From the human T2T-CHM13v2.0 reference genome, Homo sapiens, in the NCBI RefSeq assembly GCF_009914755.1, contig NC_060927.1: 64,000 nucleotides of DNA. One strand, 5' to 3'. How positions within the stretch are numbered: position 1 is the stretch's first letter; each line of letters starts with the position of its first letter. The notes beneath the pieces were generated by a model. It was not told the origin of the DNA and did not search any database. It saw nothing but the letters and a program-made list of their open reading frames with translations. The position numbers and the translations under genes are program-made. Shown here one piece after another: positions 29,989-45,206 of this stretch.

Positions 29989-30102
29989 TTAAGTGAAGCC
30001 ATTATCTGTGAAGAGCAGTGTATATAAATAAATATATATATAAACTAATTATTATAGTTTATTCATATAAAACTGCTCTTCACAGCAAATGGCTTCACTT
30101 AA
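29989..30102. repeat. Near-perfect inverted repeat (114 bp hairpin)
   Basis: ttaagtgaagccattatctgtgaagagcagt pairs with actgctcttcacagcaaatggcttcacttaa at 29 of 31 positions, and pairing continues into the AT-rich centre. Confidence 0.95.
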
Positions 30103-30609
30103 AAAGCTATTCCTTGCCAGTAGTAAAGCCTTAAAGTCAAATAATACAAGCTTATGAATAAATGTGCTTACAAACAACCATGGAGTGATTCACTCTTACT
30201 AAGTCATGATTCTTCCCAGTAAAGAACAAACAATGTAGAGTTTGTTAATTTTTTTTCATTGCCTAAATCATTCCTGTGGAGAAGACAAGATTATTTAAAA
30301 GGCTTTTAAAAACTAATTGGTTAACAGTTTGAAAATTGTTTGCGAACGTTGCATGTACATAGTCAATATGTTTATAAACTTGATAAATACAAATGAGGAG
30401 AATTCGGTCAAAGAAAGGGTGAAAGGAATTCATCAGTAGTTTGTTAAATGTCAGACCTTTTTCTATTTGTATTAAACCCTTCCACATAACACTTTCTTTT
30501 TTAATGATGTCTATTTTATGTGTAACAATTGTGTCTGTTCCATGTTTTCCATACTCATGGAAAACAAAAGGAAATACTAAAAATTCATAACAATATAGTG
30601 GCAAGTAGG

Positions 30610-33600
30610 GTCACCAGAGCCACTCAGAGAAAGGAGACCCTAAACTCTGGCCAGCGAAAGGTAAGAATTTCCTGCTAGCCGGGCTTCTGGCCATTCTCTG
30701 TGCAAACTGGTTAAGAGAATGATAAAAATCACTGTTTGCCTCCTCTGCAAGGTTTTAATTAATGAGAAAAAGGATTAGTGTGACAAGTCTTAGATTGTAG
30801 CGAATCTGGTGTACTTTGTGCTCTGAATTTGTCTCTCTTTGCCATTCTGTCATGGACGGCATTCCACTGGATAAAACGCAGGTCTAGGTCTCCCGCCATT
30901 CAAGTTGGCCCAGCAGACTGGTCAGTTATAAACTTTGCTTTGGGTCCCTGAAACAAAAACTGAATGAGGTTTCCCTCTTGTTTTATGTCCTGGGGAGCAT
31001 GACCCTGTGACCCTGTAGAGGTACTCTCTCTTTGTCTCCACCACGTGGAGGGTGGGAATTTTCAGGTTCACATCGGTGACTAGTCTGAAAGGAGTCAACA
31101 CACTCTTAGTCCAAATGTGTCAAGCCCTTGGGTGAGTTTTGTCTTAAAAGGTCTCATGCTACCATAAGCCCATTTCTGAGAGTAAATTCTTGGGGATCAT
31201 GGAAATGCCTACTCTACCCCCTCTCTAGAAATATTTCTTGCTTGTATGATTTTAAAAAATAAAAAAATAAAAATCTGAAAAATTACCATTTGACTTTAAA
31301 GAACTTTTGGATTGAGTTGCTATTAGAACTAAGTACACTATTAAAACAAAAAGGACTTTAGCAATCTCTTATTCTCAATAATTTTTTAAAGGTTTAAATT
31401 AAAAGAAGGATGCATTATAATGTCATCATTAGCCTTAAAAATCATCTTAAGCAGTTAAAATCCTTTTCAAGCCCGAAAATGCCTGCTCTAGGCTCCTTCT
31501 GGGAAAAATAATGGCAATTGCCCCATGCTACAGCTCGGTAGCAAAGGCTTTGCCCTTTTGCAATGGCAGCCCGAGTTCAACTGCTGGCTTAGAGAATGAG
31601 TTCTTTCTGGTCTGTTGTTTGTGTGACCTTTGCCATTTATTGATTTTTTTTCTCTCCATGAACAACTTCTAACTTCCTGTGTTGAATTTTCCCTTCTCTG
31701 AGCTACCTTTGGGGTGATTCTAGATCTTGTAAAAACAACTCGCCCTCCCTTTGGAGACACCTCATGTATCTGTGGCTAAGTCATAACCTAAGTTAAGGCT
31801 TACTGGTTTCACTTGGGAAAATATCTTCGTGGGAGGGAAAAAAAAAAGAAGGCTTAAAAGCCAAGGGTGTCAGCTATTTGTCCCAGCTCTAGCTGGTAAA
31901 AAGAGATTTTAAAGAATTTTTTTTTAAGAAAAAAGAGCTCTAGAATTAAAAGTCAGCTTAATTAAAAACAGATATCAAAGCTATACGTATATTCAAAAGG
32001 GCTTTATGCTTTTTTTTCTTCTTGAATCTTGTTTTTTGAGGAAAAAAAGTTTTCTTCTCAGTCCATTGAATTGTTTCTCCATTTACTTCTTCTTGCTACC
32101 CTTGATGCCCACAAGTGAGGACCTAAGGTAATTTCTGACAGCCTGGGACTCCTTAGGAAAAACAGAGGAGGAGACCCCGTTTTAGGAAAAAACTCTGTTT
32201 TCCTCATGGAACCCCAAGAACTGTAAATGGACAGATCTGCTCAAAATCTAAGACTTCGCTCTGTTTTGCATTGCATCACTTGATCTTTTTTACTTTGGGG
32301 AGCATCAAAAATAACTCCACATTATGAGGAAACTTTCAGCCTTGGTGTGTAATAGCTAGGTAAGAAATATACTTTTAGAGATATAGTTTATGCTTGGTAT
32401 ATAATTAGCTACGTAGGAAATATACTTTTACTATTGCTCTGTAGTAGTAACCATTCACTCTAAGTGGCAGTTGCTTATAGTGAATGGTTATTACCACAGG
32501 AAAATACTCCTTTCTTTGCACATTTAGATAAGAAAAACATGCTCTTGGGCATGAAGAAGGTATTGAATGGGGGAATAGGCTGATAATAGAGTCAGCTGAT
32601 TGCCATTGGGTTGCCCACCAGCCTTGGAAAAATGCCTTTGCAACAAGATACACTGTGGAAGCACTGTAATGCCTCATCCAGTTGAGTTCCCAACTTTTAG
32701 AGAACCTAGGATTCAATATATAAATGGGATCTTTAATCCCTGGTGATCTGTTTTACCTTCCAGTTGTGCCTGCTTATTATGCCCTAGAAACTGACTTCTT
32801 CCTCACCCTGTTCCTTAAAAGGCTTCACCCTAAAGCCAATAATACAATTTAAAAATTTACATCTTTAAAGAAATCTCCATGTGTAACAGTGTCTGCTTTT
32901 CCTGGACAAAATGGTGTGAACTTTAAGTCACACCATTTTTTCTTGGTTTAAATAAAATGTAAATCCTCTATCTTGTTTGATCTAAGAGTTGCCCTCTTAA
33001 AAATGCAAATTTAGAGTTGCCCAGCTGACCACTGTTTAGGGCAGGAAGCAAGTAATCAAGAGACTGATGGTCTAAAATGCGAAAGAGAAACTTAAAAACT
33101 GGCAAATAAAAAATGTATTACTCTAACAGATCTACTTCTGTTTGTCTGTGTATTTATATGCGTTGCCTGTATGATATTTATATAAAAGAGCCCTAATAAA
33201 TTGGCTTAAAGAAAAATAAGTACTTAAATAATATATTTTGTCAAAAAAATAAAAAAACATGAATGCATTTTAGTTTTTTTATTATAGTAATCTTTGGTAA
33301 ATAAATACAATGTTTATTTGTTTTTTTTTCTTTTGAGACAGCTTGTCACCCAGGCTGGAGTGCACTGGTGTGATCACGGCTCACTGCAGCCTCAACCTCC
33401 CTGGGCTCAGATGATCCTTCCACCTTAGCCTTCTGAGTGCTGGGAGTAGAGGTGCATGCCACCACACCTGGCTAATTTTTGTATTTTTTCATAAAAACAG
33501 GGTTTCACCATGTTGGCCAGGCTGGTCTCAAACTCCTGGGCTCAAGCGATCTGCCTGCCTCAGCCTCCCAGAGTGCTAGGATTACAGGCATAAGCCTCTG

Positions 33601-33650
33601 TTTTATTTAAAGATTATTAATAAAAATATCTTCAAAATATAGGCATTTGG
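30610..33650 (+). mobile_element. ERV1 (MER4-group) internal region, 5' part
   Basis: Non-coding AT-rich ERV leader-type sequence (ggtaagaatttcctgctagcc, cagactggtcagttataaactttgct, gggtccctgaaacaaaaactg). Continues at about 41790 after the L1 insertion. Family from recollection. Confidence 0.65.
33320..33598 (-). mobile_element. AluJ-like, inserted in the ERV
   Basis: Reverse-complement Alu flanked by tgttt(t)attt. Confidence 0.9.
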
Positions 33651-35946
33651 GAAGAAAAATGGCAGAGAGAAGTCAGGACTAAGATGCAGCTACCATTTGG
33701 ATGGACAGGACAGAGTATGGAGACTCACACTGTGAAATTCTGCTCCAAGAACCACTGCAGGAATGTGCCAGGAAGAGAAAGAGTTCACAGATCCTGTGGA
33801 AGAAACAGCTCACTCTGTAAATTCCACGAGACAGCAAAAAAACTGAGTTCCCAAAGTATAAGAGGAGAAAACCTTCCTTTGAACTTGAAAACTTTCAGGT
33901 TCCCCTGGGGAACCTGAAAATCCAGATTATAGGAGAAGGAATTAACCTTACCTAGAGCTGAAATGGATTTAGGGAGCCAAGTGAAATATTAAAGTAGAAG
34001 AAGCAGCAGGAACAGCCCTGTAGGCACTCCCAGTCACCAGCTCCAGGCTAGGGAAGCCATTCTTGACTTTATCTAACAGGGGTCCTTGGGGAAGGGATCC
34101 CACAGGACTAGGGAGGGGGTCACAAGGTGAAAGAAGCTTCTAGCTGAACTTTATAATAATTTCGACTGAGCATGAACTTTCTTGAGCAGAATCTGGAGGG
34201 ACAAACAGAAATTGCTGCAGGAGCCATGGCTGACAGTGTGAGCAGGCAGGGAGGGGTGAGGCCTGAAAGCTGTGCTTGCCTTCTCAACAAGGAGGCTTGA
34301 AGCCTGGGGCAAGGTCTGAGCCTGGTGCATAGACTGCCTGCATATAAACTGCACGAAGCTGCATGGGAGCTGAGTGAGGCCTGTCACTGCTAGTTTCCCC
34401 CCACTTCCCTAGAAACCAGCTCACTAGCTTCATGGAAGCTGTGTGAGGCCCGTCACTGCCAGCTTTCCCCCACTTCTCTGGAAACCTGTATGCGCAGTGA
34501 GGCAGCCGTAATTACTCTTGGAACATAATTCCATCGGCCATCCCACACAGCAGCCTCAGCAACTCCCACCCAAGGAGAGTCTGAGCTCAGACCCGCCTGA
34601 TCCTGCCCCCATCGGATGGTATTTCTGTGCCTGCCCAGGTAGCTGAACACAAAAGACATAAAGTCTTGGAAACTTTATGGCCCTGCCCATCGCCTGAGAA
34701 ACCAGAATATTTATCCTGGCCAACTTAGAGCAAGCTTATATCCTCTTTCTACTACAGCAGCTCGTGCTCTCTTGAAAGTGCCACCTCCTGACTGGAGGTC
34801 AACCAACTCAAGCAATTACAGCAACTCAAGACAGAATAACTCTGCTCCCAGGAAAGGGAAAACAATAGCAAATTCCATCTCATGCAACATACTGGCTAAC
34901 CAGAGGTCCTGAGTATGTCCACATGACAATTTCACTGCCACCAAAACCAGCATTCAAGAAAATCAGTGCACTAAACAAAACTACAAGCAACAAATCTCAC
35001 AGAGTCTACTTCATTCCCTTGCCACCTCCACCAAAGCAGGGCTGGTATCCACAGCTAGGAGACATGAAGATGCCTGACATCACAGGACTCTTCGCAGACT
35101 TTCCCCAGCACCAGCCCAGAGCCTGATGCCCCACTGGGTGGCTAGACCCAGAAGAGCAATAAGAATCACTGCAGTTCAACTCTCAGGAAGCCCCATCCCT
35201 GGAGGAAGCAGGAGAACACCACATCAAGCAATCGCCCCATGGGAAAAAAGAATCTGGACAGCAGCCCTTGAATCGCAGATCTTTCCAATGAAATAGTCTA
35301 CCCAAAGGAGAAAGAACCAAAAAAGTAATTCTGGTACTATGACAAAAAAAGATTCTATAGTACCCTCAAAAGATCACACTAGTTCCCAGCAATGGATCCA
35401 AACCAAGAACAAATCTGTGAATTGCCAGAAAAAAAGAATTCATAAGGTAGGTCTATTATTAAGCTACTCAAGAAGATACCAGAGAAAGGTGAAAAACAAA
35501 GAAATTAAGAAAATAATAAAGGATATGAATGAAAAATTTGCCAGACAAATATATATAATAAAGTAAAAACAAACACAACTTCTGGAAATGAAAGACACTT
35601 AGAGAAATACAAAATACACCAGAAAGTTTCAACAATAGACTAGAACAAGTAGAAGAAAAAACTTCAGAGCTCAAAGACAAGGGTTTTAAATTAACACAAT
35701 CTGACAAAGATAAGGAAAAAAGAATTTTAAAAAAGAACAAAGCTTCCAAGTAATTTGGAATTATGTTAAATGACTAACCCTAAGAATAATTGGTATTCCT
35801 GAGCAAGAAGATAAATCTAAAAGTTTGAAAAACATATTTGAGGGAACAATCATGGAAAACTTCCCTGGCCTCACTAGAGAGCTAGACATCCAAATATAAG
35901 AAGCTCAAAGAACACCCAGGAAATTAACTGCAAAAAGACCATCACC

Positions 35947-36260
<314 letters not shown>

Positions 36261-36988
36261 TCACCTAGGCACATTGTCAACAGATTATCTAAAGCAAAGG
36301 TGAAGAAAAGAATCTTAAGAGCTGTGAGGAAAAACCGTCAGGTAACGTGCAAAGGAAAACCTATCAGATTAACAGAAGATTTCTCAGCAGAAACCCTATA
36401 AGCTAGTAGAAACTGGGACCCTATCTTTGGCCTCCTCAAACAAGATAATTATCAGCCAAGAATATTGTAATCCAGCAAAACTAAGATCCATAAATGAAGG
36501 GGAAATAAAGTCTTTTTCAAACAAATGCTGACAGAATTCACCACTACCACACCAGCACTACAAGAACTGCTAAAAGGAGCTCTAAAACTTGAAACAAAAC
36601 CTCAAAATACACCAAAACAGAAGCTCCTTAAAGCATAACTCTCACAGGGCCTACAAAAAAAACAACACAATTAAAAAAAAACACAAGGAATTCAGAAAAC
36701 TAGCATGATGAATATAACAGTACATCACTTTCAATACTAATGTTGAATATAAATGGCCTAAATGCTCCACTTGAAAGATACAGGATGGCAGAATGAATAA
36801 AAATCCACCAACCAAGTATCTGCTGGTTTTAAGAGACTTACTTAACACATAAGGACACATGTAAACTTAAGGTAGAGGGGTAGAAAAAGGTATTCCATGC
36901 AAATGAACACCAAAAGCATGCAGAAGTAGCTATTCTTATATCAGACAAAACAAACTTTAAAGCAAAAACAGTTTAAAAAGACAAAGAG

Positions 36989-37287
36989 GGCCAGGCACGG
37001 CTCACACCTGTAATCCCAGCACTTTGGGAGGCAGATCACCTGAGGTCAGGAGTTCAAGACTAGCCTGGATAACATGGCAAACCCCCTCTCTATTAAAAAT
37101 ACAAAAATTAGCCAGGCATCGTGGTGGAGTCCTGTAATCCCAGCTACTCAGGAGGCTGAGGCAGGGAGAATTGCTTGAACCTGGGAGGCGGAGGTTGCAG
37201 TGAGCCGAGATCAGGCCACTGCGCTCCAGCCTGGGTGACAGAGCAAGACTCCGTCTCAAAAAAATAAATAAATACAAATAAAAAAAC
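36989..37287 (+). mobile_element. AluS inside L1 ORF2
   Basis: Dimeric Alu with small left-arm deletions. Confidence 0.93.
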
Positions 37288-37859
37288 AAAAAGGAATGTT
37301 AAATAATGATAAAAGGATTAGTCCAACAGAAAAATATCACAATCCTAAATATATATCTTCCTAAAACTGTAGCTCTCAAATTTATTAAACAATTACTACT
37401 AGACTTAAGAAACTGATGAACAACAACACAATAATACTGTGGGACTTCAATCCTCCACTGACAGCACTAGACAGGTCATCAAGACAGAAAGTCAACAAAA
37501 AAACAATGGACTTAAACTACACCCTAGAACAAATGGAACAGATATTTACAGAACATCTTACCCAACAACTGCAAAATATGCATTTTTTTCTTCAGCACAT
37601 GGAACATTCTCCAAGACAGATTATATGATAGGTCATGAAAAAAGTCTCAACAAATTTAACAAAATAAAAATTATACCATGTATCCTTTAAACCACAATGG
37701 AATAAAATTGGAAATTAACTCCAAAAGAAACGCTCAAAACTATACAAATACATAGAAATTAAATAATCTGCTCCAGAATGAATTTTGAGTCAACAATAAA
37801 ATCCAGGTGGAAATTTAAAAATTATTTGAACTGAACAATAGGAGTGACACAACCTATCA

Positions 37860-38214
<355 letters not shown>

Positions 38215-38496
38215 AAGAGGAAACTTCATAGCATTAAATGCCTATATCAAAAAGTCTGAAAGAGGACAAAAAGACAATCTAAGGTCACACCTCAAGGAAC
38301 TTGAGAAACAAGAACAAACTAAACCCAAACCCAGCAGAAGAAAAGAAAAAGAAATAACCAAGATCAGAGCAGAACTAAATGAAACTAAAACTAACAAACA
38401 ACAAAAAAAAAAGATAAATGAACAAAAAGCTGGTTCTTTGAAATGATAAACAAAATTGATAGACCATTATCAAGATTAACCAAGAAAAAAAGAGAG

Positions 38497-38795
<299 letters not shown>

Positions 38796-41790
38796 AAAGA
38801 TCCAAATAAGCTCAATTAGAAACAAAACGAGAGATATTACAATCAATAATACAGAAATACAAAAGATCATTCAAGGTTCCCATGAACAACTTAACACACA
38901 CAAGCTAGAAAACCTAGAGGAGATGGATAAGTTTCTAGAAATATACAACCCTCCTAGATTAAACAAGAAAGAAATGGAAACTCTGAACAGACCAATAACA
39001 AGCAGTGAGAATGAAACAGTAATTTAAAAATTGCCAGCAAAAAAATGTCCAGGACCAGATGGATTCACAGCTGAATTCTATCAGACATTCAAAGAAGAAC
39101 TGGTACCAATCCTATTGACACTATTCCAAAAGATAGAGAAAGAGGGAATCCTCCCTAAATCATGCTATGAAGCCAGTATCACCCAATACCAAAACAAGGA
39201 AAGGACATAACACCAACAACAAAAAAAAACAGACCAATATCTCTGAAGAATATAGATGCAAAAATCCTCAACAAAATACTAGCTAATCGAATCCAACAGC
39301 ATATCAAAAAGATAATCCACCATGAACAAGTGGGTTTCATACCAGGAATGCAAGGATACTTTAACACACACAAGTCAATAAATATGTTACACCACATGAA
39401 CAGAACTAAAAACAAAAATCATATGATCATCTCAACAGACACAGAAAAAGTGTTTGACAAAATCCAGCATCCTTTATGATTAAAACCCTCAGCAAAACTG
39501 CCGTAGAAGGGACATACCTCAAGGGAATAAAACCTATCTATGACAAATGCACAGACAACATATACTGAATAAGGAAAACTTGAAAGCATTCTTCCTGAAA
39601 ACTGGAACGAGACAAGGATGACCACTCCCACCACTTCTGTTCAACATAGTACTACTGAAGTCCTAGTCAGAGCAATCAAACGAGAAAAAAATAAAGGGCA
39701 TCCAAATCCGTAAAGAGGAAGTTGAACTGTCATTGTTCGCCAACGATATTTTATCCCTAGAAAACCCTAAAGACACACCCAAAATGCTCCCAGATCTGAT
39801 AAGTTAATTTGGTAAAGTTTCAGAATACAAAATCAATGTACACAAATCAGTAGCACTGCTATACACCAACAACAACCAAGCTGAGAATCAAATCAATAAC
39901 TCAACCCCTTTTACAATAGCTGAAAATAAATAGAATACTTAAAAATATACCTAACCAAGGAGGTGAAAGATCTCTACAAGAAAAACTACAAAACATTGCT
40001 GAAAGAAATCATAGATGACACAAACAAATGGAAACACATTCCATGCTCATGGACAGGTAGAATCAATATTGTGAAAATGACCATGCTGCCAAAAGCAATC
40101 TACAAGTTCAACGCAATGCCCATCAAAATACCATCATTTTTTTCACAGAACTAGAAAAAAAAATCCTAAAACTCATATGGAACCAAAAAAGAGCCCACAT
40201 AACAAAAGCAAGACTAAGTAGAAAGAACAAATCTGGAGGCATCACATTACCCAACTTCAAACTATACTACAAGGAGATAGTTACCAAAACAGCATAGTAC
40301 TGATATAAAAACAGGCACACAGACCAATAGAACAGAATAGAGAACTAAGACTAAGTAAAAAGAACAAATCTGGAGGCATCACATTACCCAACTTCAAACT
40401 ATACTACAAGACTATAGTTACCAAAACAGCATAGTACTGGCATAAAAATAGGCACATAGACCAATGGAACAGAATAGAGAACCCAGAAAGAAAGCCAAAT
40501 ATTTACAGCCAACTGACCTTCAACTAAGCAAACAAAAGCATAAAGTGGAGAAAGGCCACCCTATTCAACAAATAGTGCTGGGATAATTGGCAAGCCACAT
40601 GTAGAAGAATGAAACTGGATCCTCATTTCTCATCTTATACAAAAATCAACTCAAGATGGATCTAAGACTTAAATCTAAGACCTGAAACCATAAATATTCT
40701 AGAAGATAACATCAGAAAAACCCTTCCAGTCATTGGCTTAAGCAAAGACTTCATGACCAGGAACCCAAAAGCAAATGCAATGAAAACAAAGATAAATAGA
40801 TGGGACCTAACTAAACTAAAAAGCTTCTGCACAGCAGAAGAAATAATCAGCAGAGTAAATGGAAAACCCAAAAAGTGGGAGAAAATCTTCACAAACTATG
40901 AATCCAACGAAGGACTAATATCCAGAATCTACAAGGAATTCAAACAAATCAGCAAGAAAAAAACAAAAAATCCTATCAAAAAGTGGGTAAGGACATGAAA
41001 AGGCAATCCTCAAAAGAAGATATACAAATGGACAACAAACATATGAAAAAGTGCTCAACATGACTAATCATCAGAGAAATGCAAATCAAAACCACAATGC
41101 GATACCACCTTACTCCTGCAAGAATTGCCATAATCAAAAAATCAAAAAATACTAAGTGTTGGCATGGATGTTGTGAACAGGGAACAGTTCTACCCTGCTG
41201 GTTGGAATGTAAACTAGTACAACCACTATAGAAAACAGTGTGGAGATTCCTTAAAGAACAAAAAGTAGATCTACCAGTTGATCCAGCAATCCCACTACTG
41301 GATGTCTACCCAGAGAAATAGAAGTCATTATATGAAAAAGACACATGCATACACATGTTTACAGCAGTACAATTCACAATTGCAAAAATATGGAACCAGC
41401 CCAAATGCCCATCAACGAACAAGTGGATAAAGAAAATGTAATACTGTCCAGTCATAAAAGGAAATGAAATAATGGCATTCACAGCAACCTGAATGGAGCT
41501 GGAGACCATTATTCTAAGTGAAGTAACTCAGAAATGAAAAACCAAACATTATATGTTCTCACTTACAAGTGGGAGCTAAACTATGAGGACACAAAGGCAT
41601 AAGAATGATATAATGGACCTTGGGGACTCAGGGGGAGGGTTGGGATGGGGGTGAAGGATAAAAGACTGCACATTGGGTACAGTGTATACTGCTTGGGTGA
41701 CAGATGCACCAAAATCTCAGCAATCACCACTAAAGAACTTACACATGTAACCAAAAACCACCTGTTCCCTAAATATTATTAAAATTTTAA

Positions 41791-44660
41791 AAATTAGACA
41801 TTTGGTCTAAATTAGACAGGTAAGATACTACTGTCCTTACTAGATGCTTTAAAGTCATAAACTGCTTCTATGGCTTTTGATAATTGTTCAACTTGCTTGC
41901 TTTAGAGCCATTGGATTCTAGGTAAGGCCTAGAGACATTTGGAGTTAGCCATATCCCCTAGCTATGCTAGAAAGAGTCCGACATTATCTGTGGTTCTGCC
42001 CTGTATCCTACACTCTACACCTGATACATAATTAAAATTACTTACACTAAAAATAAAAATCATGCATTTTTAGTAGAAAGGTATGGAAATTATAGTTTCT
42101 TCTAAGAGAAAGTAATTCTGTCTAATTTAGAGGGTTTAAGCATTGTTTTAAGATAGAAAAGAATAAAACTGAAAGTTTAAGCAAGGTGTAGGAGGTTTGT
42201 AAAAGATTAATCTTACAAAGAAAAATTTGTGTGTGAGCAAGACGACTAAAATTAAAATGGCATCATTTAGTTTTTCCATAAATTAAACATTAGCACTGAT
42301 GCAGGGCCAGAACCTGAGCCCATGTGTCAGAATAACAGAGTTCTCTTGGAGCATTGATCTGCTCTTTAACAGAAAATTGTAAAAGGTTATAAAAGGTTTA
42401 TTAAAGTCTTCTTTTATGATTAAACTTGTTTAAATTAGATTTACATATAAAATTTTATTAAAATTAGCTTTAGCATTACTATATTACTGCAAAGAAAAAA
42501 GTTTGGTTTACCTTTGATCAAGATTTCTGCTTGCCTACAGGAAAAGGGGACAGAGAAGAGACAGATTCAGCTGGCCTCAAACTGTCTTTATTGGGTCTTG
42601 TTATTTGGAAAGCTGTCTCCTCTCTATAAAATAATAAAGGATTTTTGCTTTTTTGAAATCTTTGAGTTAATCACTTTGGCTAAATAAATAAACTGTGGTC
42701 TTAATTTTGTGATATCAAGTGTTTTAAACCTTTGATATGTGACAAACTTTCCAAAATCAAATTCTAAATTAGCTTTTTTTAACCTGATTAACCCTGTTAG
42801 ATATTAGTTCCCCTAGAATCCAAAAGAAACATATTCAGTTTAATATAATTAATTTAATTTAAATCACATGGAAAACATTGTCAAGTATAAAATAGTGCTT
42901 AATTTTATTTGGGTTATATCCATATAAATGTGTTATTAATATAGTTTTCAAAATTGTAATTCTGTCAATATATTATCAGTAATAATTATTATCATTATGT
43001 GCCACTGGCATAACCAAATTTACTTGTCAATTGTGTCTTTAACTGTGACTGTCCTAAGACTTTTGTCATCCACAGACAATTGTCCTGTTTGATCCTTTTC
43101 AGAGGATGGTTTATAATTAGCTATAGGACTCTGACAGGCACTCTTGAATGCAGGCCTCTGATAACTTTGGTGACTGGGCCATTAGAATAGAGAAAAAATC
43201 TTCCAAGATTCTCTTGGAGAGCTACTATGTTCAAAAATATCAAGCAGAAAAGGAGTTAATTGCATGGACTGAACCAATACAACATTAAAATAATCTTTCT
43301 ATGACTTTTTGCTTGAAACTTTGCTGATCCTTTGGTTTTTCAGTCAAGAAAACTTGTTTTTTCTTTTGAGCTATTTACAGCTTTTAACAATGAAGTATAC
43401 TCCTGTGAGCAAAATTTGGAGAATGTTTCTTTCTCTCTACCTGGTTTCTCCAGAATTTGGAAACTATTTGTGAGTATTCTTAAATTATGGCAATATAGTC
43501 ATTTGCATAAGTACAATAAGAATCTGTTTTATAGGAGCACAGTTGGAGACGCTGGTTACTTTACCAAGGCTTTGACTGAAATGGCATTCTTTTAAATAGA
43601 AACAGACTGCTTTAAGGAATCAGAGGTGATTTATAGAGCCAATAAAATCCCTTGAAAAAACTGGTCCTCACATACCTTCTCTACCCAGTCCCTGTACAGG
43701 AGTCCTAACCTGTGGTAAGTAAAGAATGCCACTTTCTAACAAGCCCAGGAGCCCCAAGTTAACTTTGGACCTCCATAGGAGAGGAATTCATCCAATTCAT
43801 ACAGGTATTTGCAGGCACAAATAAATCCATGGATGGGTTCAAGGCTTTAGAAGGTCTAATCTGAGACTCCTTATGGAAAAAGTTCTAAGAATGCCAATTT
43901 GAAAGAGAGCTTATATGACAAATAATTATTCTTGTTGCATTTTATATAACTAATCAGGCCAAATATAAGACTAAAACTTATTTTTGCAAACAAATTGGTT
44001 CTACCATGATTTGTCTTGGATAAAAATGAGAGAATGGAGAAAGATTATAATACACCTATTGTTAGATTCTAGTCTTGTCTCGTTTTTGAGGTTTTTTTTA
44101 ATATGTATTATTTTCTACAGTTTGGACTGAATCTTAAATCTTTTCTGGATTACAAGTCTTCAAACTAACATTTTCAAAATATCACCCATTTTTCTGACTA
44201 AAGCTCAATAGAATTGCTACTACCTCTTTCCTGAGGCCCTATAGGCTAAAACGTATTTCTTACGATACAGGCAAGAAGAAAATGTCAAACAGCCACCGTC
44301 CTCCTCTTCTGTAACTAAGACGTTTTGAGTTTAACGTCTGGATAGACTGTTAAAGAATGGAGCTCTCCATTCTTTAACAATAAAATTTCTACCATTAACA
44401 TTTGTTTTTCTTGTTTCCATAGAAATGCCTCTTACTAAAAGTCTGTTTGCCTTACATTTCAGACAACAGGAGATTCATTTTCCAGCCTATTTACTTAAAT
44501 TCCCAATGGTATCTGATCTTCTTTTTATTTTTAGACAGGGCTCTGGCTCTGTTGCCCAGGCTAGAGGGCAGTGGCACCATAGGGCTCACTGCAGCCTTGA
44601 CCTCCTGGGCTCAGGTGATCCTCCCACCTCAGCTTCCTGAGGAGCTTCCTGAGGGGAAGA
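41791..44660 (+). mobile_element. ERV1 (MER4-group) internal region, 3' part, with an antisense Alu fragment at about 44520-44640
   Basis: Continuation across the L1 target duplication. AT-rich non-coding ERV-like sequence leading into an LTR. Confidence 0.65.
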
Positions 44661-45013
44661 AGTGCTGAACAATTGCTTTACAGCCTTTTTGCCACAGGCC
44701 AGACCACCAAGTGGCCCATTACCCAAGATAACCATTGCAACCAGATAATGCTGACCTGCACACCCTGTCCCTCTTTGATTTGCCCAACTCAGCCTGCATA
44801 CCCTGCCCCTGATATCAATTCCCATACTTTGCCCAAGAAAAAAGCCCTATTGGCTCTTTTTGGAGAGTCAGTCAGGGAATTTTTTCACTCTTTCTCATGC
44901 TGCCTCCCTTATATTTGGGCAAAAGCTCCAATGAAGGCTTGTCTGGGAAAACTCTTTTAGCCTCATGTCAATTTCTATTACACTGAGAGCCCCCAGAACT
45001 TATAGTTGGTAAC
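44660..45013 (+). mobile_element. ERV1 3' LTR (partial)
   Basis: aggccagaccaccaagtggcccattacccaagataacc...ctcatgtcaatttctatt...ggtaaca ends in an LTR-type CA. The start is uncertain. Confidence 0.55.
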
Positions 45014-45128
45014 ACCTCTATAGGATACTTACACAGTACATTACACATTCTAAACACAGAGTAAGTATTTGTTAAGGTTGTTATTGTCTAATTCATTTCT
45101 TAAAGTCACTGTACACTTTATACTCTAT

Positions 45129-45206
45129 AGTGTACAGTACAGGAGTAGTGTACAGGGCAGTGTACAGTACAGGAGTAGTGTACAGGGCAGTGTACAGTAC
45201 AGGAGT
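45129..45206 (+). repeat. Minisatellite, 30 bp unit x 2.6
   Basis: agtgtacagtacaggagtagtgtacagggc repeated perfectly. Confidence 0.97.

Noticed and set aside
45129-45206. 30 bp repeats as a possible CRISPR-like array
   Set aside because: No unique spacers and the context is eukaryotic. It is a plain tandem repeat.
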